Positions 8,742-21,580 of a stretch of 64,000 nucleotides of DNA are shown piece by piece. Under the pieces are notes generated by a model, which did no database searches, had not been told where the DNA came from, and saw nothing but the letters and a program-made list of their open reading frames with translations. This stretch comes from an uncultured Burkholderiales bacterium (GTDB taxonomy: Bacteria > Pseudomonadota > Gammaproteobacteria > Burkholderiales > Burkholderiaceae_C): contig CAIVLE010000183.1 in NCBI GenBank assembly GCA_903906635.1, forward strand, positions 3,769-67,768, read 5' to 3'. How positions within the stretch are numbered: position 1 is the stretch's first letter; each line of letters opens with the position of its first letter. A program made the translations under genes and the position numbers.

Positions 8742-9956
8742 TTAGGGGTTGGAATGTCGAATAAACGCCACAATGCGTTGCGCCGCTTCCAGGCATTCGG
8801 CGGTTTCGGCCACCAGGGCCATGCGGATTCGCCCGGCGCCGGGGTTAAAGCCCTTGGCTTGCCCCATGAAGTCTCCTTCACGCGCCAAGTAGCTGCCCGG
8901 CAAAACGGTGACATTGTATTGAGCCAGCAAATCCCGTGCGAAGGCCACGTCATCTCCATCGGGTACGGCTGCCCACAAATAAAATCCCGCATCGGGCAAG
9001 CGCACATCCATGACCTCAGCCAATAAAGGGGTGACGGCTGCAAATTTGTCGCGGTACATGGCCCGGTTGGCCACCACGTGAGCCTCATCATTCCAGGCTG
9101 CCACGCTCGCGGCTTGCACCATCCCACTCATGGCACTGCCGTGGTAAGTGCGATACAACAAAAACTGTTTCAAAATGGCTGCATCGCCCGCCACAAAACC
9201 GCTGCGCATGCCAGGCACATTGCTGCGTTTGGACAAACTGGTGAAGGCCACCAGATTTTTAAAATCTCGACGCCCCAATTTGAGGGCAGCCTCGAGCCCG
9301 CCCAATGGCGGTTCGTCGCGAAAATAAATCTCGCTGTAACACTCATCGCTGGCAATCACAAAACCGTATCGATCACTCAGGGCAAAGAGTTTTTCCCAGT
9401 CCGACAAGGGCATGACAGCCCCTGTGGGATTACCGGGCGAACAGACAAATAGCAGTTGCGTGTTGGCCCACACACTGTCGGGCACGCTGTCCCAGTTGAC
9501 GTTGAAATTAAGGGCAGGGTCGCTGGGTGCGTAATAAGGTGTTGCGCCCGCCAGCAAGGCTGCGCCTTCATAGATTTGATAAAAGGGATTGGGGCAAACC
9601 ACCGTGGGTGCTTGACGTGTGGGGTCAATCACGGTTTGAGCAAATGCAAACAGGGCTTCGCGCGACCCGTTCACAGGCAACACTTGGTTGGTGGCGTTGA
9701 GAGTGACGCCGTAGCGTCGTTGCATCCACCCGGCACAAGCCTCTCGCAAGGCCGCCAGGCCAGCGGTGGCCGGATACGCTGCCAAGGCTTGGGTGGCCAG
9801 GGCCAAAGCATCCAACACCAAATGCGGCGTGGCATGGCGGGGCTCGCCGATGCCAAGGCTGATGGGGGTGAAGGCCGGGTTGGGTTGGATGGGGGCAAAC
9901 AACTCTTTCAGCCGCTCAAAAGGGTAGGGCTGGAGGCGAGAAAGCAAGGGATTCAT
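8742..9956 (-). CDS. dapC: Succinyldiaminopimelate transaminase (betaproteobacterial DapC type)
   Basis: ORF 8742..10034 trimmed to ATG 9956 (MNPLLSRLQPYPFERLKELF). Class I aminotransferase with PLP-lysine context SLSKRSNVPGMRSG. It heads the dapC-dapD-dapE string. Confidence 0.85.
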   Translation of the reverse strand: MNPLLSRLQPYPFERLKELFAPIQPNPAFTPISLGIGEPRHATPHLVLDALALATQALAAYPATAGLAALREACAGWMQRRYGVTLNATNQVLPVNGSREALFAFAQTVIDPTRQAPTVVCPNPFYQIYEGAALLAGATPYYAPSDPALNFNVNWDSVPDSVWANTQLLFVCSPGNPTGAVMPLSDWEKLFALSDRYGFVIASDECYSEIYFRDEPPLGGLEAALKLGRRDFKNLVAFTSLSKRSNVPGMRSGFVAGDAAILKQFLLYRTYHGSAMSGMVQAASVAAWNDEAHVVANRAMYRDKFAAVTPLLAEVMDVRLPDAGFYLWAAVPDGDDVAFARDLLAQYNVTVLPGSYLAREGDFMGQAKGFNPGAGRIRMALVAETAECLEAAQRIVAFIRHSNP

Positions 9957-9981
9957 GGCTGCTATTATCTCAGCCCCGCCT

Positions 9982-10344
9982 ATGAACAACCTCACCCCAA
10001 CCCCTTTTATCTGGCTTGATTTGAGCGGAGCCAAAGAATTTGCAGCCGATGAAGGCCAAATGCGCGAATTGATGGCGACTTTTGAACAAAGTCTGACTCA
10101 GGAGGTCGCCAGCATCCAGGCGAACTTGACCGCCAACGAGGGCTCCAAAGTGGAGCTCTCGTTGCACGCGCTCAAAGGGTTCATGTCCTTGTTTTCAGCC
10201 CCCGCTTTGGCCCAAGCTGTCGCGCAGCTTTACCAAAACAGTCGCGAGCAGCCCTTGCAAGCCACACGCGAAGGTTTTCAATCGATCTTGCCTAATTTAG
10301 AGGCACTCCTGGGCGAGGTTCGCATCTGGTCCAGCCGTTTATGA
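9982..10344 (+). CDS. Stand-alone Hpt (histidine phosphotransfer) domain protein
   Basis: About 120 aa and predicted helical, with the H-x-x-K-G signature (LSLHALKGFMSLF). The ORF opens at ATG 9955, which would overlap the dapC start codon, so I prefer ATG 9982. Confidence 0.55.
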   Translation: MNNLTPTPFIWLDLSGAKEFAADEGQMRELMATFEQSLTQEVASIQANLTANEGSKVELSLHALKGFMSLFSAPALAQAVAQLYQNSREQPLQATREGFQSILPNLEALLGEVRIWSSRL

Positions 10345-10372
10345 TCACCCCTCTCCCTCAAGAGGTCTTTCG

Positions 10373-13300
10373 GTGCGTCTGAATTCCATCAAGTTATCGG
10401 GTTTCAAATCTTTCGCGGAACCCACCAATTTTCTGCTCCCCGGCCAGTTGGTCGGTGTGGTGGGTCCCAACGGCTGCGGCAAATCCAACATCATGGACGC
10501 CGTGAGTTGGGTGCTGGGCGAGAGCCGTGCCAGTGAGCTGCGTGGTGAGTCCATGCAAGACGTCATCTTCAATGGCACGACCACCCGCAAAGCTGCCAGC
10601 CGCTCCAGCGTGGAATTGGTCTTTGACAACGCAGATCACCGTGCAGGCGGACAGTGGAGTCAGTTTGCTGAGATCGCGGTCAAGCGCGTCTTGACTCGGG
10701 ACGGCACCAGCAGTTACTACATCAACAACCAACCAGTGCGACGCCGTGACGTCCAAGACGTGTTTTTGGGCACAGGCTTGGGCCCACGTGCCTACGCCAT
10801 CATTGGTCAGGGCACCATCAGTCGCATCATCGAGTCCAAGCCCGAAGAGTTGCGCTTGTTTCTGGAAGAGGCCGCAGGTGTATCCAAGTACAAAGAGCGT
10901 CGCCGTGAGACCGAAAACCGCCTGAGCGACACCCGCGAGAACCTCACTCGTGTCGAGGACATTCTGCGCGAGCTCAACGCCAACCTCGAAAAACTCGAAA
11001 AACAAGCCGAAGTAGCCAACCGCTACCACGCGCTGCAAGCCGATGTGACTTTGAAGCAGCACCAACTGTGGTTCTTGCGCCGCGCTGAAGCAGAAGCCGA
11101 CCAAGTGGGCCTGAAAACCCAGGCTGACAAAGCGCTCAACGAGCTCGAATCGCGCATTGCTGATTTGAGGCACATCGAAGCGGACTTAGAAACCGTGCGC
11201 CAAGCACATTACGCGGCCGGTGACCACGTCAACCAAGCCCAAGGGGCTTTGTACGAAGCCAGCGCGGAAGTAGGGCGCTTGGAAGCGGAAATCCGCTTCG
11301 TGGTGGAGGGGCGCCAACGCGCCGAAGCACGCTTGGTGCAAATCAAAGAGCAAACAGCGCACTGGTCCCAACAACGGGAGCAAGCGCAGCAAGAAATCGA
11401 GACCTTGGCAGAACAAGCTTTGAACGGCGAAGAGCAAGCCATGCTCTTGGCCGCGCAGGTGGAAGAGCAAGCCATGCAACTTCCCGAGTTGGAAGAGGCT
11501 TTGCGCACCGCTCAGCAGCGCAGCAACGAGCAACGTGGCAGCGTGGTGCAGGTGCAGCAGCAAATTCAGGTCTTGGCGGCGGACCAGCGCAACATCGAAG
11601 AACAATCGCGCGCCCTCAACGCCCGCCACGAGCGTTTGAGTGCCGATCGCAATGCATTGGCTGCTCCTGATGAAACCCGTCTCAACAACTTGCAAGCTCA
11701 GCTTCAAGAGGCGCAAGCTCAGGCCGATGTGACCGCAGCGCAACTCCAGGAGCTTCAATCCAGCGTGCCCCAGTTGGATGAGGCACGCCGGCAAGCCCAA
11801 CAAGCAGTGAACGTCGAACAAACCAAGCAAGCTGATATCTCGGCCCGTCTGGAAGCCCTCAAAGCACTGCAAGAAAAAGTGCAAACCAACGACAAGCTCA
11901 AGCCTTGGCTGTCCAAGCACGGCTTGGATAGCCTGCAAGCGCTTTGGAGCCGTATCCATATCGACACGGGTTGGGAAAACGCGTTGGAAAGCGCCTTGCG
12001 CGAACGCATGGCCTCGCTTGAAGTTAGCCGATTGGACATGGTGCGCTCCTTTAGCAACGACGCGCCGCCCGCCAAACTGGCCTTCTACACCCCACCATTG
12101 GCGGGTGTGCCCGAAGGTGCTGCGTCTTTGCCTCGTTTGTCTGATCTGCTGCGCCTCAACGACGCGGGTCAAAAAGCGCTGTTGAGCGATTGGCTCACAG
12201 GTTGTTTCACGGCCCCCAATCTGGAAGAAGCCTTGGCCAAGCGCGCCAGCTTACAACCCGGTCAGGTGATCTATGTGCCCTCTGGCCATGCGATCAGTGC
12301 CCACAGCGTGAGCTTTTATGCCCAAGACAGCGAACAATCGGGCTTGTTGGCGCGTGCACAAGAAATTGAAAACCTCGACAAAAGCACCAAGGCCCAAGCA
12401 CTGATCAGTGATGAAGCCCGCCACGCCCTGGTGCGTGCCGAAGCCTCTTACAGCGATGCTTCGCAGCGCTTGGTGAGCATTCGCAACGAAGCCTCGGCCG
12501 CACAGACCCATGCCCATGCCCTGCAAGTAGAGACCCTGCGTTTGACGCAACTGGCTGAACAAACCCGTGCCCGCAGCGAGCAAATCAGCGCTGACTTGGC
12601 TGAGGTCCAAGCCCAACTGAGCGATTTGCAAGAGCGCCGCATGGACGCCGAAGCACGGTTTGAAGAACTCGACATGCAATTGGCCGATAGCCAAGAACGC
12701 CATGCCCAGTTAGACGAAGCTGTCATTCAGGCCGAACGCCGCTTGAACGACAGCCGAGAACAACAACGCAGTTTGGAACGCCAGGCCCAAGAAGCCCAGT
12801 TCACCCAGCGCAGCTTGGCCACCCGCGAGGCCGAGCTCAAGCGCCTCATTGACACGGCCACCCAACAAGCAGCCAACGTGGCGGTGGAAGAACAACGCGT
12901 GCAAGAGGACCTCACACGCTTGACGGATGCCGCTGCACAAGCGGGTCTACAAAATGCGTTGAACATCAAGCTCGAGCGCGAAGCCGTCTTGGGTGCCAAA
13001 CGCAGTGAATACGACGACTTGACCGCCAAACTGCGTGCCAGTGATGAGCGTCGCTTACAGCTCGAGCGTGAGCTTGACCCTTTGCGCCAACGCATCACTG
13101 ACTTCCAACTCAAAGAACAAGCAGCCCGCTTGGGGCTGGAGCAATACACCCAATTGCTGGCCGATGCGCAGGCCGATTTGGAGGCCGTCGCCGCTTCCAT
13201 CGAACTCAACCATGTGCGTTTGGGGGGCTTGCAATCTGAGATCGACCGCCTGCAGCGTGAGGTAGTTGCCTTGGGCGCGGTCAACTTGGCTGCTTTGGAT

Positions 13301-13888
13301 GAGTTGGCCACAGCCACCGAGCGCAAGACCTTCTTGGATTCCCAGTCAGCTGACTTGAATGAGGCGATGAACACCCTGGAGGACGCGATCCGAAAGATTG
13401 ACGGCGAAACCCGCGAACTTCTGGGCGGCACCTTCAAGATCGTCAACGAGCACTTTGGCAAGATGTTCCCTGAGTTGTTCGGTGGGGGCAATGCACGCTT
13501 GGTGATGACGGGTGAAGAAATTTTGGATTCGGGCGTGCAAGTGATGGCGCAGCCACCCGGCAAGAAAAACCAGACCATTCACTTGTTGTCAGGCGGAGAA
13601 AAAGCGCTCACCGCGATTGCCCTGGTGTTTGCCATTTTTCAGCTCAATCCAGCACCGTTTTGCTTGCTCGATGAGGTGGACGCACCGCTGGATGACGCCA
13701 ACACCGAGCGCTACGCCAAACTCGTCTCGAGCATGTCCAAAGAGACCCAGTTCCTGTTTATTTCACATAACAAAATTGCCATGGAAATGGCAGAACAACT
13801 CATCGGTGTGACCATGCAAGAACAAGGCGTGTCTCGCATCGTGGCCGTTGACATGGAGTCGGCCGTGTCCATGGTCGAAGCCGCTTGA
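10373..13888 (+). CDS. smc: Chromosome segregation protein SMC
   Basis: 1171 aa with a GTG start. N-terminal Walker A (GPNGCGKSN), long coiled coils with a central hinge, and a C-terminal LSGGEKALTAIAL signature plus Walker B (FCLLDEVDAPLD). Confidence 0.95.
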   Translation: MRLNSIKLSGFKSFAEPTNFLLPGQLVGVVGPNGCGKSNIMDAVSWVLGESRASELRGESMQDVIFNGTTTRKAASRSSVELVFDNADHRAGGQWSQFAEIAVKRVLTRDGTSSYYINNQPVRRRDVQDVFLGTGLGPRAYAIIGQGTISRIIESKPEELRLFLEEAAGVSKYKERRRETENRLSDTRENLTRVEDILRELNANLEKLEKQAEVANRYHALQADVTLKQHQLWFLRRAEAEADQVGLKTQADKALNELESRIADLRHIEADLETVRQAHYAAGDHVNQAQGALYEASAEVGRLEAEIRFVVEGRQRAEARLVQIKEQTAHWSQQREQAQQEIETLAEQALNGEEQAMLLAAQVEEQAMQLPELEEALRTAQQRSNEQRGSVVQVQQQIQVLAADQRNIEEQSRALNARHERLSADRNALAAPDETRLNNLQAQLQEAQAQADVTAAQLQELQSSVPQLDEARRQAQQAVNVEQTKQADISARLEALKALQEKVQTNDKLKPWLSKHGLDSLQALWSRIHIDTGWENALESALRERMASLEVSRLDMVRSFSNDAPPAKLAFYTPPLAGVPEGAASLPRLSDLLRLNDAGQKALLSDWLTGCFTAPNLEEALAKRASLQPGQVIYVPSGHAISAHSVSFYAQDSEQSGLLARAQEIENLDKSTKAQALISDEARHALVRAEASYSDASQRLVSIRNEASAAQTHAHALQVETLRLTQLAEQTRARSEQISADLAEVQAQLSDLQERRMDAEARFEELDMQLADSQERHAQLDEAVIQAERRLNDSREQQRSLERQAQEAQFTQRSLATREAELKRLIDTATQQAANVAVEEQRVQEDLTRLTDAAAQAGLQNALNIKLEREAVLGAKRSEYDDLTAKLRASDERRLQLERELDPLRQRITDFQLKEQAARLGLEQYTQLLADAQADLEAVAASIELNHVRLGGLQSEIDRLQREVVALGAVNLAALDELATATERKTFLDSQSADLNEAMNTLEDAIRKIDGETRELLGGTFKIVNEHFGKMFPELFGGGNARLVMTGEEILDSGVQVMAQPPGKKNQTIHLLSGGEKALTAIALVFAIFQLNPAPFCLLDEVDAPLDDANTERYAKLVSSMSKETQFLFISHNKIAMEMAEQLIGVTMQEQGVSRIVAVDMESAVSMVEAA

Positions 13889-13902
13889 CATCAAAGTAAC
13901 CC

Positions 13903-15207
13903 ATGAGCAGTTTACAAATTGGTTTAGCCATCGCAGGAGGCGTGGTCTTGGCAGGTGTGGTGGCTCACAGCACCTGGACTTCACGCAAAAACAAACCACG
14001 CCAGGCGCAGCCCTTGGTCGAGCAGGAGCCCCAAACCTCCCCGCATGCAGGTCCGGCGCATCAACCCCAAGAACCCATCTTTGACGACATCCAGCACGAC
14101 GGGCAAGCGCCGGTTCAAGCGTTGTCGCCATCGCACAGTGACGATCCGGTGGCGGACATGGCGCGCGTGATGATGCAACAAGCGACTCAGCATGCCCAAC
14201 GTGTGCCAGACCAAGAGGAGTTGCAGCGTCTGGCCGCGGAAAAAGCCGCAGACCGTGCAGCCGATGCCAAGGTGAACGCACAGCGTGCCTTGCAGCACAC
14301 GGCAGAAAGCCATGACCATGGCTTGGCACCCATGATTGCCAAGGTCATGGACGACGCCACATCCATGGCTTTACCGCTTGAAAAACGCCCCAGTCTGGAT
14401 GCGCTCATTGATGTGTTGGCTGCAGTTGAAATTGACAGCCCCATCTCGGGTGAAGCCGCGCTGGCAGCGTTGCCCCCCAGCCGACGTGTGGGCAACAAAC
14501 TGTTCACCGTAGAGGGCTTGAATGCTGAGTCTGGTTTGTGGGAACAACCCCGACCCAACCAGCGCTACAGCGCATTCCAAGCTGGCGTTCAATTGGCCAA
14601 CCGCATGGGCGCGCTCAACGAGATTGAGTTCTCTGAATTCGTGGTCAAAACCCAAAGTTTTGCAGATGCCATCAACGCAGCCCCCGAATTTCCAGACATG
14701 CTCGAAGAAGTGGCACGTGCACGTGAACTCGACAGCTTTGCAAGTGCCCACGATGCGCAACTGAGCTTCACCCTCAAAGCCACCAAGGCCGCTTGGAGTC
14801 CTGGCTATGTGCAACAAAACGCAGCGCGTTTGGGTTTCGTTGCAGGCGTTATTCCGGGGCGCATGGTGGTACCCGCACCTGCGGTGGGATTGCCACCTGT
14901 GTTGGGCTTGATGTTTGACACCCAAGCGGCCATGGCAGAAGACCCTGCGCAGTCTGCCATTCGCGAACTCACCTTGTCTTTGGACGTGCCTCAGGTGGAT
15001 CGCCAAGAAGAGCCGTTTGCCCGTATGGTGCAAACGGCCCATGAGTTGGCCCGAGTGATGGACGGTACGGTGACTGACGACAACGGCCAGCGTTTGTCAG
15101 AAGCCGCTATTGGAGGCATTGCGCGCGATCTGCAGGCCTTGTATGACACACTGGATGCGCGTGACTTGTCGGCTGGATCGCCACAAGCTCGACGTTTGTT
15201 CAGTTAA
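13903..15207 (+). CDS. zipA: Cell division protein ZipA
   Basis: N-terminal TM anchor (LQIGLAIAGGVVLAGVV), a P/Q/A-rich linker and a conserved C-terminal globular domain. It sits in the canonical smc-zipA-ligA position. Confidence 0.8.
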   Translation: MSSLQIGLAIAGGVVLAGVVAHSTWTSRKNKPRQAQPLVEQEPQTSPHAGPAHQPQEPIFDDIQHDGQAPVQALSPSHSDDPVADMARVMMQQATQHAQRVPDQEELQRLAAEKAADRAADAKVNAQRALQHTAESHDHGLAPMIAKVMDDATSMALPLEKRPSLDALIDVLAAVEIDSPISGEAALAALPPSRRVGNKLFTVEGLNAESGLWEQPRPNQRYSAFQAGVQLANRMGALNEIEFSEFVVKTQSFADAINAAPEFPDMLEEVARARELDSFASAHDAQLSFTLKATKAAWSPGYVQQNAARLGFVAGVIPGRMVVPAPAVGLPPVLGLMFDTQAAMAEDPAQSAIRELTLSLDVPQVDRQEEPFARMVQTAHELARVMDGTVTDDNGQRLSEAAIGGIARDLQALYDTLDARDLSAGSPQARRLFS

Positions 15208-17358
<2,151 letters not shown>

Positions 17359-17384
17359 GTGGCTGTGAGATCAGGAGAAGACAC

Positions 17385-17921
17385 TTGGCAGTGCGCACAA
17401 TTTTAAAAATGGGAGATGCACGTTTGTTACGCGTTGCCCAGCCCGTGACCCAATTCAACACAGCCCAACTGCACGCCTTGATCCAAGATCTGGAGGACAC
17501 CATGCAGCACGCCGATGGAGCGGGCTTGGCCGCACCGCAAATTGGCGTGGATCTGCAGGTGGTGATGTTTGGCTCTGGCGAATTCAATCCACGCTACCCC
17601 GATGCTCCAGTGGTGCCGCGCACGGTATTGATCAACCCGGTGCTCACCCCCATAGGCGACGCGCAAGAAGATGGCTGGGAAGGCTGCTTATCGGTCCCCG
17701 GTCTGCGTGGCGTGGTTCCTCGCTTTGTGCACTTGCGATATCAAGGTTTTGACCTCCTGGGCCGACCCATTGAGCGCATCGTCGAGGGCTTTCATGCCCG
17801 CGTGGTGCAGCACGAGTGCGACCACCTCATGGGCGTGCTCTACCCGATGCGGGTGCGCGATTTTTCGCGATTTGGATTCACTGAGGTTTTGTTTCCTGGT
17901 CTCGACAGCGCCGACGACTGA
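17385..17921 (+). CDS. def: Peptide deformylase
   Basis: Motifs [18 protein letters not shown] and HECDHL. ORF 17355.. trimmed to TTG 17385, which sits 6 nt after an AGGAGA Shine-Dalgarno. GTG 17391 is an alternative. Confidence 0.85.
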   Translation: MAVRTILKMGDARLLRVAQPVTQFNTAQLHALIQDLEDTMQHADGAGLAAPQIGVDLQVVMFGSGEFNPRYPDAPVVPRTVLINPVLTPIGDAQEDGWEGCLSVPGLRGVVPRFVHLRYQGFDLLGRPIERIVEGFHARVVQHECDHLMGVLYPMRVRDFSRFGFTEVLFPGLDSADD

Positions 17922-17966
17922 CAACCTTGCGCGGAAGAAAGCCTCTCGAGTAAGAGCGCAACTCTC

Positions 17967-20570
17967 TCAAGCCTGCTGCAAGGCGTCCAACAACTCGGTC
18001 TCAATCGCTAGCTGGGATTTGTTTTGTTGCAAGGCAGGGCCGTCGATCAAAAAGGTGTCCTCCACCCGTTCGCCCAAGGTGCTGACCTTGGCCAAGAACA
18101 AGTTGACCTTGTGGTTGGCCAAGACCCGCGCCACGCTGTAGAGCAGGCCCGCACGGTCGCTGGCTGAAATGCTGAGCAGCCATTTTTGGGCGCGCTCGTC
18201 GGGTTGCAGCGAAACGCGCGGGGCAATTGGAAAGCTCTTGACACGTCGAGACACGCGACCCCGGCTGGGTGCAGGCAGCGGGGCTGCCGCATCAATGATC
18301 TGGGCCAAGCCCGTCTCCACCATATTGATGAGATCGCGGTAGTGCTCTTGCAAGCGCGAGGCCACCACTTGAAAGGTGTCAATGGCATAGCCATTGCTGG
18401 CCGTATGAACCTTGGCATCCAAGATGTTGAAGCCAGCTTGGTCAAAGTAGCCACAGATGCGGGCAAATAAGTCCGCTTGGTCTGGGGAATAGACCATCAC
18501 CTGCAGACCTTCGCCCACAGGTGAGAGGCGGGCACGTACCATCACACTGACAGATTTTTCTTGGAGTTTTGCTTGTGCCAGACTGCGTGAGAGTTGACGG
18601 GTGTGCCAAGCAATGTCAGAAGCATCGTGGCGCATGAAATAGCCCACATCCAAGGTGTCCCACAGCGTTTTGTGGGCTTCAAAAGGCAGGGCGTACAAAG
18701 CCAACATATGAAGCGCTTCGCGTTTACGTGCTTCCACTTCGGCGTCTGGGTCAGGCGCTCTTCCACCCAAGGCACGCAAGGTGTAGCGGTACAAGTCCTC
18801 CAACAGCTTGCTCTTCCAAGCGTTCCAGACCTTGGGGCTGGTGCCTCGGATATCGGCCACTGTCAGCAAGTAAAGTGCGGTGAGGTTACGTTCATTGCCA
18901 ACTCGCTTGGCAAAGTTTTGGATCACCTCCGAATCGCTCAAATCTTGCTTTTGGGCGATGTGACTCATGGTGAGGTGTTCGGAGACTAAAAATTCCACCA
19001 AATCGGCATCGTCTTTGTCGATGCGATGGTCTTTGCAAAAACGCCGGACCTCGGCACGACCGAGCTGAGAGTGGTCACCCCCTCGGCCCTTGGCAATGTC
19101 ATGGAACAAGGCCCCTGCATACAAGATCCAAGGTTTGTCCCAGCCTGCAGCGAGTTGCGAGCAAAAAGGGTACTCGTGGGCGTGTTCGGCCATGAAAAAC
19201 CGCCTCACATTGCGCAAAACCATCAAGATGTGCTGGTCGACCGTGTAGACGTGAAAGAGGTCGTGCTGCATTTGGCCCACGATGCGGCGAAACACCCACA
19301 AATAACGACCCAACACCGAAGTCTGGTTCATCAAGCGCATGGCGTGCGTGATGCCCTCAGGGGCTTGCAAAATCTTCAAAAACGTGGCCCGGTTGACCGG
19401 GTCGGCACGAAAGGCTGCGTTCATCACGCTGCGCGCGTTGTAGAGTGCGCGCAAGGTGCGGGCAGACAGGCCTTTGATGCCCAGAGTGGATTCGTACAGC
19501 CAGAAAGTTTCCAAAATCGCATGGGGGTGGCGTAAGTACAAGTCGTCACTGGTGACTTCCAGCATCCCAGCGTTGTCAGCGAACCGTTCGTTGATGGGAC
19601 GCAGCACCTGGGTGTCGCCATTGAGTCGTTCTTCGATGTTGAGGAGCAAGATTTGATTCAACTGGGTCACCGCTTTGGCGGCCCAGTAATACCGCTTCAT
19701 CAGCGCTTCGCTGGCTGCTCTCGCGTCCAAAGAGCCGTCCTCATTCAAGCCCAGCCCAATGCTTTGAGCCACCGCGTGTTGCAAGTCAAACACCAGTCGA
19801 TCTTCGCGTCGCTTGGCCGCCATGTGCAAGCGGGTGCGAATGAGCGCCAAGGTATCTTCATTGCGTTGCATCTGGCGGGCCTCCAGAGGGGTCGCCAAGC
19901 CCGATTGGGCCAACGCGCGCCAACTGCTGCCAAAGCCCGCGGCTCTAGCCACCCACAAAATCACTTGCAGATCGCGCAAGCCACCAGGAGACTCTTTGCA
20001 ATTGGGCTCAAGGGAATAGGGCGTGTTTTCAAACTTGGTATGCCGCTGGCGCAACTCCAGGGTCTTGGCCACAAAGAAGGCCTTGGGGTCCATGGCTGCA
20101 TCAAAGCACTGCTGAAAATGCTCAAACAAGGCAGCATCACCCACCACCAAGCGCGCCTCGAGCAATGACGTTTGAACGGTGATATCAGCACCTGACTCTT
20201 GCACGCACTCGTTCACACTGCGAACGCTGGAGCCGATCTCCAAACCTGTGTCCCAGCAACTGCCAATGAAGGTCTCAATTTGGCTCTTGAGCTGGGTATC
20301 GCTGTCGGCTGAACGACCTTCGGGCAGCAGTACCAGCACATCCACATCCGAGCAGGGATAAAGCTCGCCGCGACCAAAGCCGCCCACCGCTACCAAGGCC
20401 AAGTCGTCAGCAAAGCCCGCGTTGCGCCAAAGTTCGACCAAGGTGCGGTCGGTCAAATGGCTTAAATTTTTCAAAACGCTGCGCACACCGCGTATGGCAG
20501 CTGGTCGCATGGACAGGGACTGCAGCAAGTCAGCCTTGTGCGTTCGGTAGCGCTGGGCCAAGGCGTTCAT
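17967..20570 (-). CDS. glnD: Bifunctional [protein-PII] uridylyltransferase/uridylyl-removing enzyme
   Basis: 867 aa with a nucleotidyltransferase motif ([19 protein letters not shown]), an HD domain ([13 protein letters not shown]) and two C-terminal ACT-like domains. It is adjacent to map, as in many proteobacteria. Confidence 0.92.
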   Translation of the reverse strand: MNALAQRYRTHKADLLQSLSMRPAAIRGVRSVLKNLSHLTDRTLVELWRNAGFADDLALVAVGGFGRGELYPCSDVDVLVLLPEGRSADSDTQLKSQIETFIGSCWDTGLEIGSSVRSVNECVQESGADITVQTSLLEARLVVGDAALFEHFQQCFDAAMDPKAFFVAKTLELRQRHTKFENTPYSLEPNCKESPGGLRDLQVILWVARAAGFGSSWRALAQSGLATPLEARQMQRNEDTLALIRTRLHMAAKRREDRLVFDLQHAVAQSIGLGLNEDGSLDARAASEALMKRYYWAAKAVTQLNQILLLNIEERLNGDTQVLRPINERFADNAGMLEVTSDDLYLRHPHAILETFWLYESTLGIKGLSARTLRALYNARSVMNAAFRADPVNRATFLKILQAPEGITHAMRLMNQTSVLGRYLWVFRRIVGQMQHDLFHVYTVDQHILMVLRNVRRFFMAEHAHEYPFCSQLAAGWDKPWILYAGALFHDIAKGRGGDHSQLGRAEVRRFCKDHRIDKDDADLVEFLVSEHLTMSHIAQKQDLSDSEVIQNFAKRVGNERNLTALYLLTVADIRGTSPKVWNAWKSKLLEDLYRYTLRALGGRAPDPDAEVEARKREALHMLALYALPFEAHKTLWDTLDVGYFMRHDASDIAWHTRQLSRSLAQAKLQEKSVSVMVRARLSPVGEGLQVMVYSPDQADLFARICGYFDQAGFNILDAKVHTASNGYAIDTFQVVASRLQEHYRDLINMVETGLAQIIDAAAPLPAPSRGRVSRRVKSFPIAPRVSLQPDERAQKWLLSISASDRAGLLYSVARVLANHKVNLFLAKVSTLGERVEDTFLIDGPALQQNKSQLAIETELLDALQQA

Positions 20571-20580
20571 GGCACTGACC

Positions 20581-21393
20581 TTAGCAGCGTGTGGTGGTCA
20601 CGAAATCGGGCAAGGCTGGGCTGCCTGCCGACAGGGTCAACACCTCAAACCCTGTTTCGGTGACCAAGACCGTGTGCTCCCATTGGGCCGACAAAGAGTG
20701 ATCGCGCGTGACGATGGTCCAACCATCGCCCAGCTCTTTGATGTCTTTTCGGCCCGCGTTGATCATGGGCTCGATGGTAAAGGTCATACCGGCTTTGAGC
20801 TCTTCCCCTGTGCCTGGCTTGCCGTAGTGCAGGACCTGCGGCTCTTCGTGGAACACCTGGCCAATGCCATGTCCACAAAACTCTCGCACAACTGAAAAAC
20901 CATGGCCCTCGGCAAAGCGTTGAATGGCAAAGCCAATGTCGCCCAAGCGCACGCCTGGCTTGACCTTGACAATGCCATGCCACATGGCCTCGTAGGTCAA
21001 TTTGCACAAGCGTTTGGCCGCAATAGAGGACTCGCCCACCAAAAACATGCGGCTGGTGTCGCCGTGCCAGCCGTCTTTGATGACCGTGATGTCGATGTTG
21101 ACGATGTCGGCTTTTTTAAGCGGTTTGTCGTTGGGGATGCCGTGGCAAACCTGGTGGTTGATAGAGGTGCAGATCGACTTGGGGTAAGGGTTGGTGCCGC
21201 TGGGGTTGTAGTTCAACGGAGCCGGAATCGCCCCTTGCACCTGGGTGATGTAGTCATAAGCGAGTTTGTCCAACTGGTTGGTCGTCACTCCAGCCACCAC
21301 ATGGGGGGTGAGGAAATCCAGAACTTCGGAGGCCAGTTTGCCTGCGATACGCATGCCCTCAATACCTTGGGCGTCTTTGTAGGTGATCGTCAT
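20581..21393 (-). CDS. map: Type I methionine aminopeptidase
   Basis: ORF 20581..21615 trimmed to ATG 21393 ([18 protein letters not shown]). 270 aa with the pita-bread fold motifs [16 protein letters not shown] and TFTIEPM. Confidence 0.92.
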   Translation of the reverse strand: MTITYKDAQGIEGMRIAGKLASEVLDFLTPHVVAGVTTNQLDKLAYDYITQVQGAIPAPLNYNPSGTNPYPKSICTSINHQVCHGIPNDKPLKKADIVNIDITVIKDGWHGDTSRMFLVGESSIAAKRLCKLTYEAMWHGIVKVKPGVRLGDIGFAIQRFAEGHGFSVVREFCGHGIGQVFHEEPQVLHYGKPGTGEELKAGMTFTIEPMINAGRKDIKELGDGWTIVTRDHSLSAQWEHTVLVTETGFEVLTLSAGSPALPDFVTTTRC

Positions 21394-21580
21394 AAGGTAA
21401 TTATCCCACTGGGGCTCGCCCCCCTGAAAGCTTGTCTTTTTAACGGCCTCCCAGGTCAGCGCACCCCCTGATTGTGTACAAAACGTCCGATCAAGGCACG
21501 TAAAATCAAACCCCTGTCGAACAGCCCCAGTCAGCGGCCCGGCACAACCCCAAGTCCCCGTCTTTTTCTCAAGGCCATCC

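Noticed and set aside
11186-13578. Long minus-strand ORFs (11186..12172, 328 aa; 12727..13578, 283 aa) opposite smc
   Set aside because: These are shadow ORFs of the repetitive coiled-coil coding region of smc. Their composition is dominated by L, A, R and S with no domain signature.
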